DNA from: an uncultured delta proteobacterium
GTDB lineage: Bacteria > Myxococcota > Myxococcia > Myxococcales > Myxococcaceae
DNA: 64,000 bases
NCBI GenBank assembly: GCA_963776345.1
Contig: CAVZMH010000001.1
Coordinates: 96,001-160,000, forward strand
Direction of reading: 5' to 3'
This document shows, piece by piece, positions 1-13,875 of this stretch. Position 1 is the stretch's first letter, and each line of letters starts with the position of its first letter. A model generated the notes under the pieces. The model was given only the letters and a program-made list of their open reading frames with translations. It did not search any database and had not been told where the DNA came from. Both the position numbers and the translations under genes were made by a program.

Positions 1-1446
1 GTAGGCCACCTGGGGCTTGCCGGCCACCACCTCGCAGGCGTACTCGCGGCGCATCCGCTCGATGTAGATCTCGAGGTGCAGCTCACCCATTCCGCTGATG
101 ATGGTCTGGGCGGACTCCTCGTCACGGTGCACCCGGAAGGTCGGATCCTCCCGGGTGAACCGGTTGAGCGCCTTGGAGAAGTTGGCCTGGCCGGTGCGCT
201 CCTTGGGCGCCACGGCGAGGGAGATCACCGCGTCCGGGACGTGCATCGAGGTCATGGTCACCGACAGCTCGCCGTCGGTGAAGGTGTCGCCCGAGGCGCA
301 GTCCACGCCGAAGAGGGCCACGATGTCGCCGGCGCTGCCCTCGCCGACGTCGATCATCTCGTTGCTGTGCATCCGGACGATCCGGGGAATCTTCACTCGC
401 TTCTGGTTCGACTGGTTGACGATGAAGTCGCCCTTGGCGATGCGCCCCTGGTAGATGCGTATGTAGGTCAGCTGGCCGTAACGCCCATCCTCGAGCTTGA
501 AGGCCAGGCCCACGAACGGCTTGTCCGGGTTGGACTCGAGGACGAGCTTGGCCTCGTTGTTCTTCTGGTCGTGCGCCTCGTTGGTGACGTCGCTCGGGTT
601 CGGGAGGTAGTCCCGGACCGCGTCGAGGAGCAGCTGCACGCCCTTGTTCTTGTAGGCAGAGCCGCACATGACCGGCGTCATCTTCAGCGCCAGGGTGGCG
701 CGGCGGATCGCGGCCTTCAGCTCCTCGTTGGAGATGGGCTTGTCGGCGATGAAGAGCTCGGCCAGGTGGTCGTCCACGTTGGCCACGCCCTCGATGATGT
801 CGTGGCGGGCCTGCTTGGCCTGCTCCACCAGCTCGGCGGGGATCTCCTCCTCGCGGACGTGCTCGCCGTTCTCTCCGTCGAAATAGTAGGCCTTGCCGAC
901 GATCGGGTCGACGATGCCCTGGAACCGGTCCTCGTTGCCGATCGGGATCTGCAGCATCACCGGGTGGTGGTTCAGCTTCTCCTTGAGCTCGGCGGCCACC
1001 CGGGCGTAGTTCGCCCCGGCCCGGTCCATCTTGTTGACGAAGGCGATGCGCGGGACCTTGTAGCGGCGCATCTGCCGGTCGACGGTGATCGACTGAGACT
1101 GCACGCCGGACACCGAGCAGAGGACGAGGATCGCCCCGTCGAGCACCCGGAGGGCGCGCTCCACCTCGATGGTGAAGTCCACGTGGCCCGGGGTGTCGAT
1201 GATGTTGATGTTGACGTCCTTCCACAGGCAGAACGTCGCCGCGGACTGGATGGTGATGCCCTTCTCACGCTCCAGGTCCATCGAGTCCATCTTGGCGCCG
1301 ACCCCGTCCTTGCCACGGACCTCGTGAATCTCGTGGATCCGGCCGGTGTAGAAGAGGATGCGCTCGGTCAGCGTGGTCTTCCCACTGTCGATGTGGGCCG
1401 AGATGCCGATGTTGCGAACGCGTTCGATGGGGATGTTGGACGCCAT
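1..1446 (-). CDS. fusA: Elongation factor G (3' end runs off the window)
   Basis: Minus-strand translation from ATG at 1446: [35 protein letters not shown]...[12 protein letters not shown]...[24 protein letters not shown]...NKMD; G1-G4 motifs of EF-G. Not in the ORF track because its stop is outside the window. Confidence 0.95.
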   Translation of the reverse strand, partial: MASNIPIERVRNIGISAHIDSGKTTLTERILFYTGRIHEIHEVRGKDGVGAKMDSMDLEREKGITIQSAATFCLWKDVNINIIDTPGHVDFTIEVERALRVLDGAILVLCSVSGVQSQSITVDRQMRRYKVPRIAFVNKMDRAGANYARVAAELKEKLNHHPVMLQIPIGNEDRFQGIVDPIVGKAYYFDGENGEHVREEEIPAELVEQAKQARHDIIEGVANVDDHLAELFIADKPISNEELKAAIRRATLALKMTPVMCGSAYKNKGVQLLLDAVRDYLPNPSDVTNEAHDQKNNEAKLVLESNPDKPFVGLAFKLEDGRYGQLTYIRIYQGRIAKGDFIVNQSNQKRVKIPRIVRMHSNEMIDVGEGSAGDIVALFGVDCASGDTFTDGELSVTMTSMHVPDAVISLAVAPKERTGQANFSKALNRFTREDPTFRVHRDEESAQTIISGMGELHLEIYIERMRREYACEVVAGKPQVAY

Positions 1447-1616
1447 GATGTGTGTCTGCTTCCTCGACGACTGCTTGGAGGGGGGAGGCCCGCCCTTCGA
1501 TGCGACGGGCGGCGGCCCTGTACTGCCGAACGGGCCCGATTGCCAGCGCCCGAGGAACCTAACGCGGCCGAGACATCACGCAAACTGATGCCCGGCCTGG
1601 TCCGGTGACAGAAGAA

Positions 1617-1641
1617 TTCACGATGCACCCGGCGTCGTGAA
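1617..1641 (-). terminator. Possible intrinsic terminator downstream of phhA
   Basis: Inverted repeat TTCACGA...TCGTGAA; on the minus strand it is followed by TTCTTCT, ~25 bp after the phhA stop. Confidence 0.4.
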
Positions 1642-1667
1642 ATCCACCGTCGGGACAGGAGCTTACA

Positions 1668-2528
1668 TCACTTCGCCACGCGGTCCAGCCAGCGGGTGAC
1701 CGTCCGCACGGCGTCCGGGAAGGAGGGGGCCACGAACAGGACCTCCTGGTAGACGGTGGGGTCGTACGGCCGCGCGGTCATCTGCTCGATGTTCAGCGGG
1801 ACGAGCTTGGCGTGCGTCTGGAACCGCTCCAGCTCGCCGAACGAGGAGAGGAGCCCGGCTCCGTACGCCTTCAGCTGGTCGCCCTCCTTCGCCACCCCGA
1901 ACTCGAGCGTGTACCAGTAGACCCGCTCGATCTGCTTCAGGACGTCCTCGCTCACCCGGTCCGCGGCGCGGCCGAAGGCGCGGTTCAGCGCGGCGAAGCC
2001 CTCGTCGGCGAGCGTGGCGGCGTGGCCGACGAGCTCGTGCACGATGTCCGGCTCGGGCGTGTAGAGCGGCACCGTGTGGTGCCGGATGTACTGGGTGGAG
2101 AGGAACTGATCGAAGCGAAGGTTGCCCAGGAAGGCGCGCGAGGTGACCAGGCCCGCGACGGGGACCATCGAGTAGCCGGTCGTCCCGGAGAGCTTCTGGT
2201 TCACCTCGCGGAGCTGCGGGATGCGCTGCCGCGAGAAGCTGACCCGGTCCGAGCAGACGCGGTACTCGGCCGAGGCGTGCTTGCCGTGCAGCGGGGCGAG
2301 GTGCTCCCAGACCGTGCGCCACACGCCCTGCTCGGTCTCGGTGTACTGGACCTCGGGCACCGCGTCGCCGGGCCGCCAGCGGAGCGCCTGCTGCGCGATG
2401 TGGTTCCGTCGCGCGCGGTACTCCGGGTCGCGGAACCCCGGATGGTTCTGATCGAGCTGGACGATGTCCTCGGCGCCCGCGGTGGGTGCGGAGTCCGCTG
2501 CGCCAGCGAAGGGGAGACCCGGATTCAT
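1668..2528 (-). CDS. phhA: Phenylalanine 4-monooxygenase (pterin-dependent aromatic amino acid hydroxylase)
   Basis: Motifs HPGFRDPEYR, STQYIRH, YTPEPDIVHELVGH (Fe ligands), YWYTLEFG, YGAGLLSSFGE. Confidence 0.9.
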   Translation of the reverse strand: MNPGLPFAGAADSAPTAGAEDIVQLDQNHPGFRDPEYRARRNHIAQQALRWRPGDAVPEVQYTETEQGVWRTVWEHLAPLHGKHASAEYRVCSDRVSFSRQRIPQLREVNQKLSGTTGYSMVPVAGLVTSRAFLGNLRFDQFLSTQYIRHHTVPLYTPEPDIVHELVGHAATLADEGFAALNRAFGRAADRVSEDVLKQIERVYWYTLEFGVAKEGDQLKAYGAGLLSSFGELERFQTHAKLVPLNIEQMTARPYDPTVYQEVLFVAPSFPDAVRTVTRWLDRVAK

Positions 2529-2602
2529 CGTCCGGCCAATCTATCCCCTCCCACTGCCAGATGCTCCGCTCGCGGCCCGGTGCCGCCGTGCGTCGCGGTC
2601 GC

Positions 2603-3344
2603 TCAGTAGCGCACGCCCTGCGCGCCCTGCAGCATCTGGTTGGCCTGCATGAGGTAGTACTGCGCCTGCTGTGCGTTCTTCTGGACGAGCGCCGCCTCCG
2701 CCGCCTCGACCAGGCGCGCCGCCTCGGCCGCATTCCTGGCCTCGACGGGAGAGCCGGCGGCCGAGGCCGCGGCGGCCGTCTGCTGGAGCGACACACGGGT
2801 GGATTGCAGCGCCGCCGCGTTCCAGTTGCCGCTGTTCTGGAGCGACTGCATGGTGCCGTCGATCGAGCTCCGGGCGCCGTCCATCTGGGCCGCACGCTGG
2901 CTCCGCGCCTGCTGGTCGGCGAGCCGCGCCTCCTCCGAGGCCCGCTGCTGGGCGGCCATCTGCTGGAGGGCCTCGGTCTGGGCGCGCGACTGCTCGAGCA
3001 GCGCGTCCATCTGCGGGTCGCTCTGACCGTCCGTTCGGTCGGCGTGGGCCTTCTTCTTCCGCGAGGTGCCGGCGTCCGGCTTCGCGGGCTCCTGGACGGA
3101 GATGTGGGTGGGCGGCTCGGGGGGGTCGACCGCGGTCCGTGTTCCGGCATCGCGGGGGGGCGTCCCGGGGTGTCCACCATCCAGGGAGGTGTGCGGTGCC
3201 TCGCCACGGACTGACGCCGGCGTCCGGAGAGCTGGAACGAACGCCCGCGTCGGGAACCTGCGCCACCTGGGGCGCGACCCGGGGTGGGACGCCCGCGTCG
3301 GGGGCGGCGAGCACGGCGGAGAGGAGCAGCAGAGCAGTCATCAC
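2603..3344 (-). pseudogene. Secreted PDAG-repeat/coiled-coil protein split by an apparent frameshift
   Basis: Signal peptide MMTALLLLSAVLAA + PDAGV x3 in one frame; LDGG..RDAGT..PDAGT..MDALLEQ...(Q/A-rich coil, stop 2603) in another frame; switch around 3160-3215. Confidence 0.6.
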
Positions 3345-3552
3345 GCGGTGAACTTAACTCGGGGCACCGGGTCCAGGCCCGCCTCTCGAGGGACCTCGGG
3401 AGCGGGCGCCCGGTCGTCCGCGCGGCGGTACGATGGGTCGATGACGCTCTCGCCGGTGCAGGGCTCGCACGGACGACTCCGACCGGTGAATCGGCCCAGC
3501 GTCGCCGCTCCATGAGCCCCGCCGAACCCCTCCTCCAGCGCCGGCTCGGCCC

Positions 3553-4476
3553 GTGCTAGCAGGCACGCGGGTGGAGAGGCCCGCGCTCGTTCGGTCGACT
3601 GTCCTCTCCCGCGCGGCCGCCGGGGGGCTGGTCCGGCTCCTCCAGGCTCTTCCGCTCCGGGCCGTGGACGCGCTCGCCCGGGGCGTGGCGGCGCTCGCCT
3701 ACGCCCTGGGCATCCGACGGCGGGTGACGCTGGACAACCTCGCCCGGGCGTTCCCCGAGCGGTCCGAGCCGGAGCGGCGGGCCATCGCCCGCGCCGCGTA
3801 CGCCAACATGGCGCGGGTGGTGGTGGATGCGCTTCGCACGCTCGGCGCGCCGCGGGAGCAGCTCCTGGCCGAGGTGCAGGTGGACGACTTCGGTCCGGTG
3901 GAGCGCGCGCTGGCGGGCGGGCGGGGGCTGCTGGTGGCCACCGCGCACCTCGGGAGCTGGGAGCTGTTCGGCGCTGCGATGGCCCAGCGCGTGCCGCTCC
4001 ACGCCGTCGTCCGTCCGCTGCGCGGCGGGCTGAACGCCCGGCTGGTCGAGGCGCGGGAGCGGGCGGGGCTGCGGCTGATTCCGGCGCGCGGCGCGTTGTC
4101 CGGCATGGTGGCGGCGCTCCGGCGGAACGAGGTGGTGGCCATGCTGATCGACCAGGCCATCGGCGGGAAGCATGCGCTCTATGTGCCCTTCTTCGGCCGT
4201 CCGGCGGCGACCACGCCCGCGCTCTCCATGGCCGCGCTCCGGACGGGCGCGCCGACGCTGCTGGTGGTCGCGCTCCGCGAGCAGGGAAGGCTCCGGTTCA
4301 GGGTCGAGGGACCGTTCGAGGTGTCCGACACCGGCGACCGGCAGCGAGACCTCTTCACCCACACCGCGCAGGTGACGGCGGCCCTGGAGCGCGTCATCCG
4401 GGAGGCTCCCCAGCAGTGGCTCTGGCTCCACCGGCGCTGGAAACTCCAGCCCCCGGGGGTCAGCCGGTCATCGTGA
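3553..4476 (+). CDS. Lipid A lauroyl/late acyltransferase family (LpxL/HtrB-like)
   Basis: TAHLGSWE, MLIDQ, VPFFG, PQQWLWLHRRWK motifs; true start may be the GTG at 3571. Confidence 0.85.
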   Translation: MLAGTRVERPALVRSTVLSRAAAGGLVRLLQALPLRAVDALARGVAALAYALGIRRRVTLDNLARAFPERSEPERRAIARAAYANMARVVVDALRTLGAPREQLLAEVQVDDFGPVERALAGGRGLLVATAHLGSWELFGAAMAQRVPLHAVVRPLRGGLNARLVEARERAGLRLIPARGALSGMVAALRRNEVVAMLIDQAIGGKHALYVPFFGRPAATTPALSMAALRTGAPTLLVVALREQGRLRFRVEGPFEVSDTGDRQRDLFTHTAQVTAALERVIREAPQQWLWLHRRWKLQPPGVSRSS

Positions 4477-5929
4477 ACGGCAGGTCGTTGCCCCGCGTCG
4501 GAAGCCGCGACGGCGCGCCGGTCAGCACCGAGTCGATGTCGCGCGCGGCCTCGCGCCCGTCGGAGATCGCCCAGACGATCAGGCTCGCGCCGCGCCGCGT
4601 GTCGCCCACCGCCCAGACGCCGGGCCGCGAGGTCCGGAAGCGGCCATCCACCCGGACGTTCCCGCGGGCGTCGAGCGCGAGCCCGAGCTGCGACTCGAGC
4701 GCCGCCGTCTCCGGCCCGAGGAAGCCCATCGCCAGGATGAGGAGGTCCACCTGGCGGGTCGTCTCCGAGCCGGCGACCGGCGCGATGCGGGTCCGGCCCG
4801 TCTCGTCGCGGTCCAGCCGCACCCGGGCCAGCTCCATCTCCGCCAGCCAGCCGTTCCGGCCGATGAGCCGGGTGGTGGAGAGCCCGAACTCCCGCTCTCC
4901 GCCTTCCTCCTGGCTCGACGAGGTCCGGAAGACCAGCGGCCAGTCCGGCCACCAGTTCCCGGTGGCGCGGGTCTGAGGTGGCGCCGGGAGCAGCTCGATC
5001 TGCTCGACGTGCGCCGCACCCTGGCGCAGCGAGGTGCCCAGACAGTCCGAGCCGGTGTCGCCGCCGCCGAGGATGACCACGTGCTTGTCCGCCGCGGAGA
5101 GCTCGGGCGGCAACGGGGCGCCGCCCACGTGGCGGTTCTGCGCCTCCAGGAAGTCCATGGCCCAGACCACGCCCGGAAGCTCGCGCCCGGGGACGACGAG
5201 GTCCCGGGGACGCCGCGCGCCGAGCGCCAGCACCACCGCGTCGTGCTCGGCCGCCAGCTGGTCGAATCCCGGGGCCGTGCCCACGTCCACCCCGCAGCGG
5301 AAGGTCACGCCCTCGGCCTCGAGCAGCGCCACCCGCCGCTCGACCAGCGACTTCTCCAGCTTGAAGTCGGGGATGCCGAAGCGGAGCAGCCCGCCCGGCG
5401 CCGGAGCCCGCTCGTACACGGTGACGGTGTGCCCCGCGCGGTTGAGCCCCGCCGCCGCGGCCAGGCCCGCCGGACCGCTCCCGACCACCGCCACCGTCTT
5501 GCCGGTCCTGGACGCCGGAGGACGCGGGCGCACCCAGCCCTCGCGGAACGCCCGGTCGGCGAGCTCCTTCTCGATCTGCTCGATGGTGACCGGCGCCTGG
5601 TCGATGGCCAGCACGCAGGCCGCCTCGCAGGGCGCGGGGCACAGCCGTCCGGTGAACTCGGGGAAGTCGTTGGTCGACGACAGCGTGGCCCAGGCCTCCT
5701 CCCAGCGCCCGCGCCAGACCAGGTCGTTGAAGTCGGGGATGAGGTTCCCCAGCGGACAGCCCTGGTGACAGAAGGGGATGCCGCAGTCCATGCAGCGCCC
5801 GGCCTGGCGCCGGCTCTGCTCGGTCGCCTGCGGGAGGATGAACTCCCGGGTGTCGTGCACCCGCTCCGACTTCGCGCGCTTGGGCGGCGCCTCGCGCTGC
5901 CACTCCAGAAATCCGGTGACCTTGCCCAT
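4460..5929 (-). CDS. gltD: Glutamate synthase small (beta) subunit
   Basis: MGKVTGF; CMDCGIPFCHQGCP; GRLCPAPCEAAC; GSGPAG; GGGDTGSDC; GDTRRGASLIVWAI. Confidence 0.95.
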   Translation of the reverse strand: MGKVTGFLEWQREAPPKRAKSERVHDTREFILPQATEQSRRQAGRCMDCGIPFCHQGCPLGNLIPDFNDLVWRGRWEEAWATLSSTNDFPEFTGRLCPAPCEAACVLAIDQAPVTIEQIEKELADRAFREGWVRPRPPASRTGKTVAVVGSGPAGLAAAAGLNRAGHTVTVYERAPAPGGLLRFGIPDFKLEKSLVERRVALLEAEGVTFRCGVDVGTAPGFDQLAAEHDAVVLALGARRPRDLVVPGRELPGVVWAMDFLEAQNRHVGGAPLPPELSAADKHVVILGGGDTGSDCLGTSLRQGAAHVEQIELLPAPPQTRATGNWWPDWPLVFRTSSSQEEGGEREFGLSTTRLIGRNGWLAEMELARVRLDRDETGRTRIAPVAGSETTRQVDLLILAMGFLGPETAALESQLGLALDARGNVRVDGRFRTSRPGVWAVGDTRRGASLIVWAISDGREAARDIDSVLTGAPSRLPTRGNDLPFTMTG

Positions 5930-5931
5930 TA

Positions 5932-6111
5932 GTGCTCCGACCGGGGGATGGTGAACACAGCGAGGCGGCCGAGACCGAAGCGAGACGGCGCACCAGAGGA
6001 GCGAGCCGCGGAGGCGTGCCTTGCGGCACGTCGAGCAGCGGAGCGACGAGGCTGCGCGTCGCAGCGAGAGGATCGGATGCCGCAGCGTTCAGCATCCCCC
6101 GGTCGGAGCAC
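5932..6111. mobile_element. 180-bp MITE-like palindromic element
   Basis: 25-bp terminal inverted repeats (GTGCTCCGACCGGGGGATGGTGAAC at 5932-5956 vs 6087-6111; 24/25 identical), flanked by TTA direct repeats (5929-5931, 6112-6114), central hairpin CGTGCC-TTGC-GGCACG (6015-6030); no transposase. Confidence 0.85.
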
Positions 6112-10653
<4,542 letters not shown>

Positions 10654-10793
10654 TTCCAAGACCTCCCGAACGACCGGTCTGCCGCACAGCGGCAAACTCA
10701 CAGCGTACGGGAAGTGGCTGACCCGGCTCAAATGTGGGCGGCCGCCTCCGTTCACTGCCCCCGATGAGGCGGGCTTCCGCGGGCGGGCTCGAG

Positions 10794-10950
10794 GGTGTCA
10801 GACACCTCGAAAATCGGAGGAGTGACAACCGCTTGGCTGTTGTCGTCTGCCTGTTCGGCTCATGACCGAGCGGGCGTCGGCGGGCCAGGGGCGTTCCCGG
10901 GCGCACCGTGTCGTGGCGCGACAGCTCGAAACAGAGGTGTTTGACACCTC
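10794..10950. promoter_or_regulatory. Two related palindromic boxes GGTGT-N3-ACACC upstream of gltB
   Basis: GGTGTCAGACACC at 10794-10806 and GAGGTGTTTGACACCTC at 10934-10950. Confidence 0.5.
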
Positions 10951-10976
10951 CGACGGGCGGTCGGTGGCGGACCGCG

Positions 10977-11423
10977 TCAGCCGTGCGTTCGGAGAGAACG
11001 GCTCCAGAGCTCCTTGAGGTCCGCCGGGAGCTGGGACTCGACCTGGCTCGCCTCTCCCTCGCTGACCTGTGCGCGGAGCGCGTGGAACACCGCCAGGATC
11101 AGATGCTCGGCCCGGTCCGGCGGGACCCCGAGCTCCTCGGCGACCATCGCCACGAACTCGGCCCGGTCCAGCGCGCGGGGACGGACGCCGGCGTGCTTGT
11201 CACACCGGGCCATGAGATCTCGCAGGTTCGCCGGCAGCTGCGCCTCGAGGTCCTTCCCTTCCTCGGGCTGGATCCGTCGCTCCAGCGCGCAGAGCACCGC
11301 GACCGCGGAGCGTTCCGCCAGCGCCTCGGAGATCGTGCCCACGCGGCGCAAGTAAGTCATGAAGGCGGCGAACGTCTGGCTGCGCCGCGCCTCGCTCCGC
11401 TCGGCCCTCTTGCTGGCATCCAT
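10977..11423 (-). CDS. DUF2267-family protein
   Basis: Two repeats of the pattern AV(L/F)xALxxx(I/V)xxxExxxxExQLPxxLxxL; start MDASKRAERS. Confidence 0.75.
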   Translation of the reverse strand: MDASKRAERSEARRSQTFAAFMTYLRRVGTISEALAERSAVAVLCALERRIQPEEGKDLEAQLPANLRDLMARCDKHAGVRPRALDRAEFVAMVAEELGVPPDRAEHLILAVFHALRAQVSEGEASQVESQLPADLKELWSRSLRTHG

Positions 11424-11473
11424 CGGGAGACCCTCCGAGGATCCACTGCTCCCCTCGGGCGCCGATTGCAACG

Positions 11474-13081
11474 TTACATGCTCAGCCGCAGGCCCACGCC
11501 CACGTCGAGGATGGGGGCGTTCAGCGGACCGAACACCGCGTCGACGTTCGAAGGGATCCCGCTCACCCCTGGCACCGAGGCCAGCGACTGGCGCGGGAAC
11601 CCCAGTCTCAGCTCGCCGCCCGTCCGCCCGAAGTGACCCGCGACGTAGCTCTCCACCGTCAGGTAGCTGAGCACCGTCACCACGAAGTCCAGCCGGGCGA
11701 GGTAGGTCCCGTCGCTCAGGTTGCCGATGCCCGAGAGGATCCACGTCGTCTTCGCGGTCGTGTCCAGCAGCGTGGCGCTGAGCGCCAGGTAGTGCTTGCC
11801 CACGTAGAACGGCTGGAATCCGCCGACCAGGAGCAGCGTCAGGTACTCGTCCCGGGAGTAGCTGGCCGAGTTGTAGAAGTACTCCCCTCCGAACGTGATG
11901 CTCTTGTTTCCCTCGAAGTTGAGCGAGTAGGTCACTCCGCCCGCCGCCTGGATGACCGGCGTGGAACGGGGGGGAATGGTCACCGTGACCTGGTTGGTGG
12001 TGGTGACCGTGGTGCCCGGAGGGACCCCGGGCACGAGCCCCGAGACGTCGACCGGGGTGCTGAGGGCGAACGTTCGGGTGGTCGGCGAATCCAGCCCGTT
12101 CTTCCAGGCCACCTCTCCGTAGAAATCGAGGTCGCCGAGCGCCATCGTCACGTCCGCCCCGAGCCGCGACGCGCGGTTCCGCTGCGCGAGCCCGTCCAGG
12201 CCGAAGGCGCCGTTCTTGAAGGCGAACTCCGCCCGGAAAGCGCCGCCCACGTCCTGGAGCGCGGTTCCGCTCGTCCCGGTGGGGTTGATGCCCGTGCCTC
12301 CGGGGTTCTCGACCGAGCCGCTCCCCGAGTACCCGCCACCGACGTTCTGCGTCGGCTCGAACACCGCGACGGCGCTGAAGTTCCAGCCCATCCTCTCCCA
12401 CGGCACCTGCGCCCGGATCATCGTCACCCCGAGCCGCGCGTCGAAGAGGGCCAGCGGATCCCGCGGCTGGCTGGCGAGGAAATCGGTGGGGGAGAAGAAC
12501 CGCGCCACGCCCCACTTCACGTGCTGGCGCCCCACGGTGACGAACACCGAGTGGGCGATGTCGAACCCGAGCCACGCCTGATCGAGCAGCACCGCCGGGT
12601 TGCTGGCGGTGGTCGACGCCGGGACACCCGGGAGCGCCGTGCCGCCCACCGTGGCCGAGAGGAACGGGTCGTAGGTCAGCCGGCCGAGGACGAACGCCCG
12701 GAGCCGCTCGGTCGGCCGGACATCCAGGTACGCGTCGACCAGCGTGGGCGCGGACATCCGTGACTCGCCGAACGGCTGGTCCTGGCTCACCTGGAGGAAG
12801 GCCCGGGTGTAGAAGAGCCCGCCGATCTTCAGCGGATCCTCCTGAACCCGCCCGCTGGCGAACGCATCCGAGGAGGGCGCCGCGTCGAGCCCACGGGACT
12901 CCTGTGCGCCGGCCGGGGTTCCGGCGTCGGGGGCACCTCCGAACAGCGACTCCTCGCTCGGTCGAGCTCGGACACCGGCGCCCGCGTCGGCCTTGCCGCG
13001 GAACAGCGCGTCCTCGTCCGGACGCTGGGCCCGGGCCGCGAGCGAGATCGCGAGTGCCGCCACGACGGCCCAGCGTCTCAT
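11474..13081 (-). CDS. Exported probable outer-membrane beta-barrel protein
   Basis: Signal peptide MRRWAVVAALAISLAARA; amphipathic beta strands; TVGRQHVKWG; C-terminal DVGVGLRLSM; ATGA overlap with upstream gene. Confidence 0.7.
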   Translation of the reverse strand: MRRWAVVAALAISLAARAQRPDEDALFRGKADAGAGVRARPSEESLFGGAPDAGTPAGAQESRGLDAAPSSDAFASGRVQEDPLKIGGLFYTRAFLQVSQDQPFGESRMSAPTLVDAYLDVRPTERLRAFVLGRLTYDPFLSATVGGTALPGVPASTTASNPAVLLDQAWLGFDIAHSVFVTVGRQHVKWGVARFFSPTDFLASQPRDPLALFDARLGVTMIRAQVPWERMGWNFSAVAVFEPTQNVGGGYSGSGSVENPGGTGINPTGTSGTALQDVGGAFRAEFAFKNGAFGLDGLAQRNRASRLGADVTMALGDLDFYGEVAWKNGLDSPTTRTFALSTPVDVSGLVPGVPPGTTVTTTNQVTVTIPPRSTPVIQAAGGVTYSLNFEGNKSITFGGEYFYNSASYSRDEYLTLLLVGGFQPFYVGKHYLALSATLLDTTAKTTWILSGIGNLSDGTYLARLDFVVTVLSYLTVESYVAGHFGRTGGELRLGFPRQSLASVPGVSGIPSNVDAVFGPLNAPILDVGVGLRLSM

Positions 13082-13863
13082 CGGCTCTTCGACTCCAGCC
13101 AGGCCTTGGTGAAGATGTTCGCCTCGAGTGGTCTGAGATCTACCGACTTCAGCACCACGATGGTGCTGTTCGCCTTCTCCACCTCGTCGTAGATGCGGAT
13201 CTCGCCCGGGTACCAGACGTCCGCTCCCTTCGATTCGCTGAAGAGCTTCTTCCAGCTCGGGTAGTACAGCGTCCGCATCAGCCGGCCGGAGAGCGCGAAC
13301 TCCTGCCGCTTGAGCACGTTGCCCGTCGCCTGGTCCACCCAGAGCTTCAGCACCGGGAAGGCCACGTCCACCCCGGGCTTCACCTTGGACTCGATGATCC
13401 AGGTGTCGAACGCGCCCAGCTTGGCCTCGCCGGTGAAGGCGGAGGTGTACTCCTCGGCCAGCCGCGACTCGTCGAAGTCCGCCCGGCGGCTGTCGGTGCC
13501 GGCGATGCGCTCGCGCTCGGTGCGGCGGTCCCACTTGCCGGTGGTGGGGTCGTAGCTCCAGAGGTTCTTCTCCAGCCGGAGATAGCCCTTGCCCGCCTCG
13601 CCCTTGGGCTTGGTGAAGAGGATCATCAGCTTCTCGTCTGCGCTGCGCCGGTAGACGATGGCCTCGCGGGCGGTGTCGGTCTTGTCCTTCTCCTTCTGCT
13701 CGAGGTACGCGAGCGAGCGGTAGTCGCCCGAGTTCCGCTGCCGGTCGTCGATGGTCTTCACCACCTCCCCCAGCTCGGCGGGGGCGAGGGCTTTCGCCCG
13801 CACCACCGTCCAGGGCAACAGGCTCACCAGCGCCAGGGCGAGGCGGAGCGTCGTGGTCCTCAT
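13078..13863 (-). CDS. LolA-like outer-membrane lipoprotein-sorting protein
   Basis: Signal peptide; FTKPKGEAGKGYL, NLWSYDP, IAGTDSRRADF, IFTKAWLE pattern typical of LolA_like proteins. Confidence 0.75.
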   Translation of the reverse strand: MRTTTLRLALALVSLLPWTVVRAKALAPAELGEVVKTIDDRQRNSGDYRSLAYLEQKEKDKTDTAREAIVYRRSADEKLMILFTKPKGEAGKGYLRLEKNLWSYDPTTGKWDRRTERERIAGTDSRRADFDESRLAEEYTSAFTGEAKLGAFDTWIIESKVKPGVDVAFPVLKLWVDQATGNVLKRQEFALSGRLMRTLYYPSWKKLFSESKGADVWYPGEIRIYDEVEKANSTIVVLKSVDLRPLEANIFTKAWLESKSR

Positions 13864-13875
13864 GTCATCTCCCTG

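Noticed and set aside
10654..10790. Possible glutamine riboswitch in the gltB leader
   Set aside because: Hairpins exist but I could not match the glnA-motif consensus by eye; needs an Rfam search.
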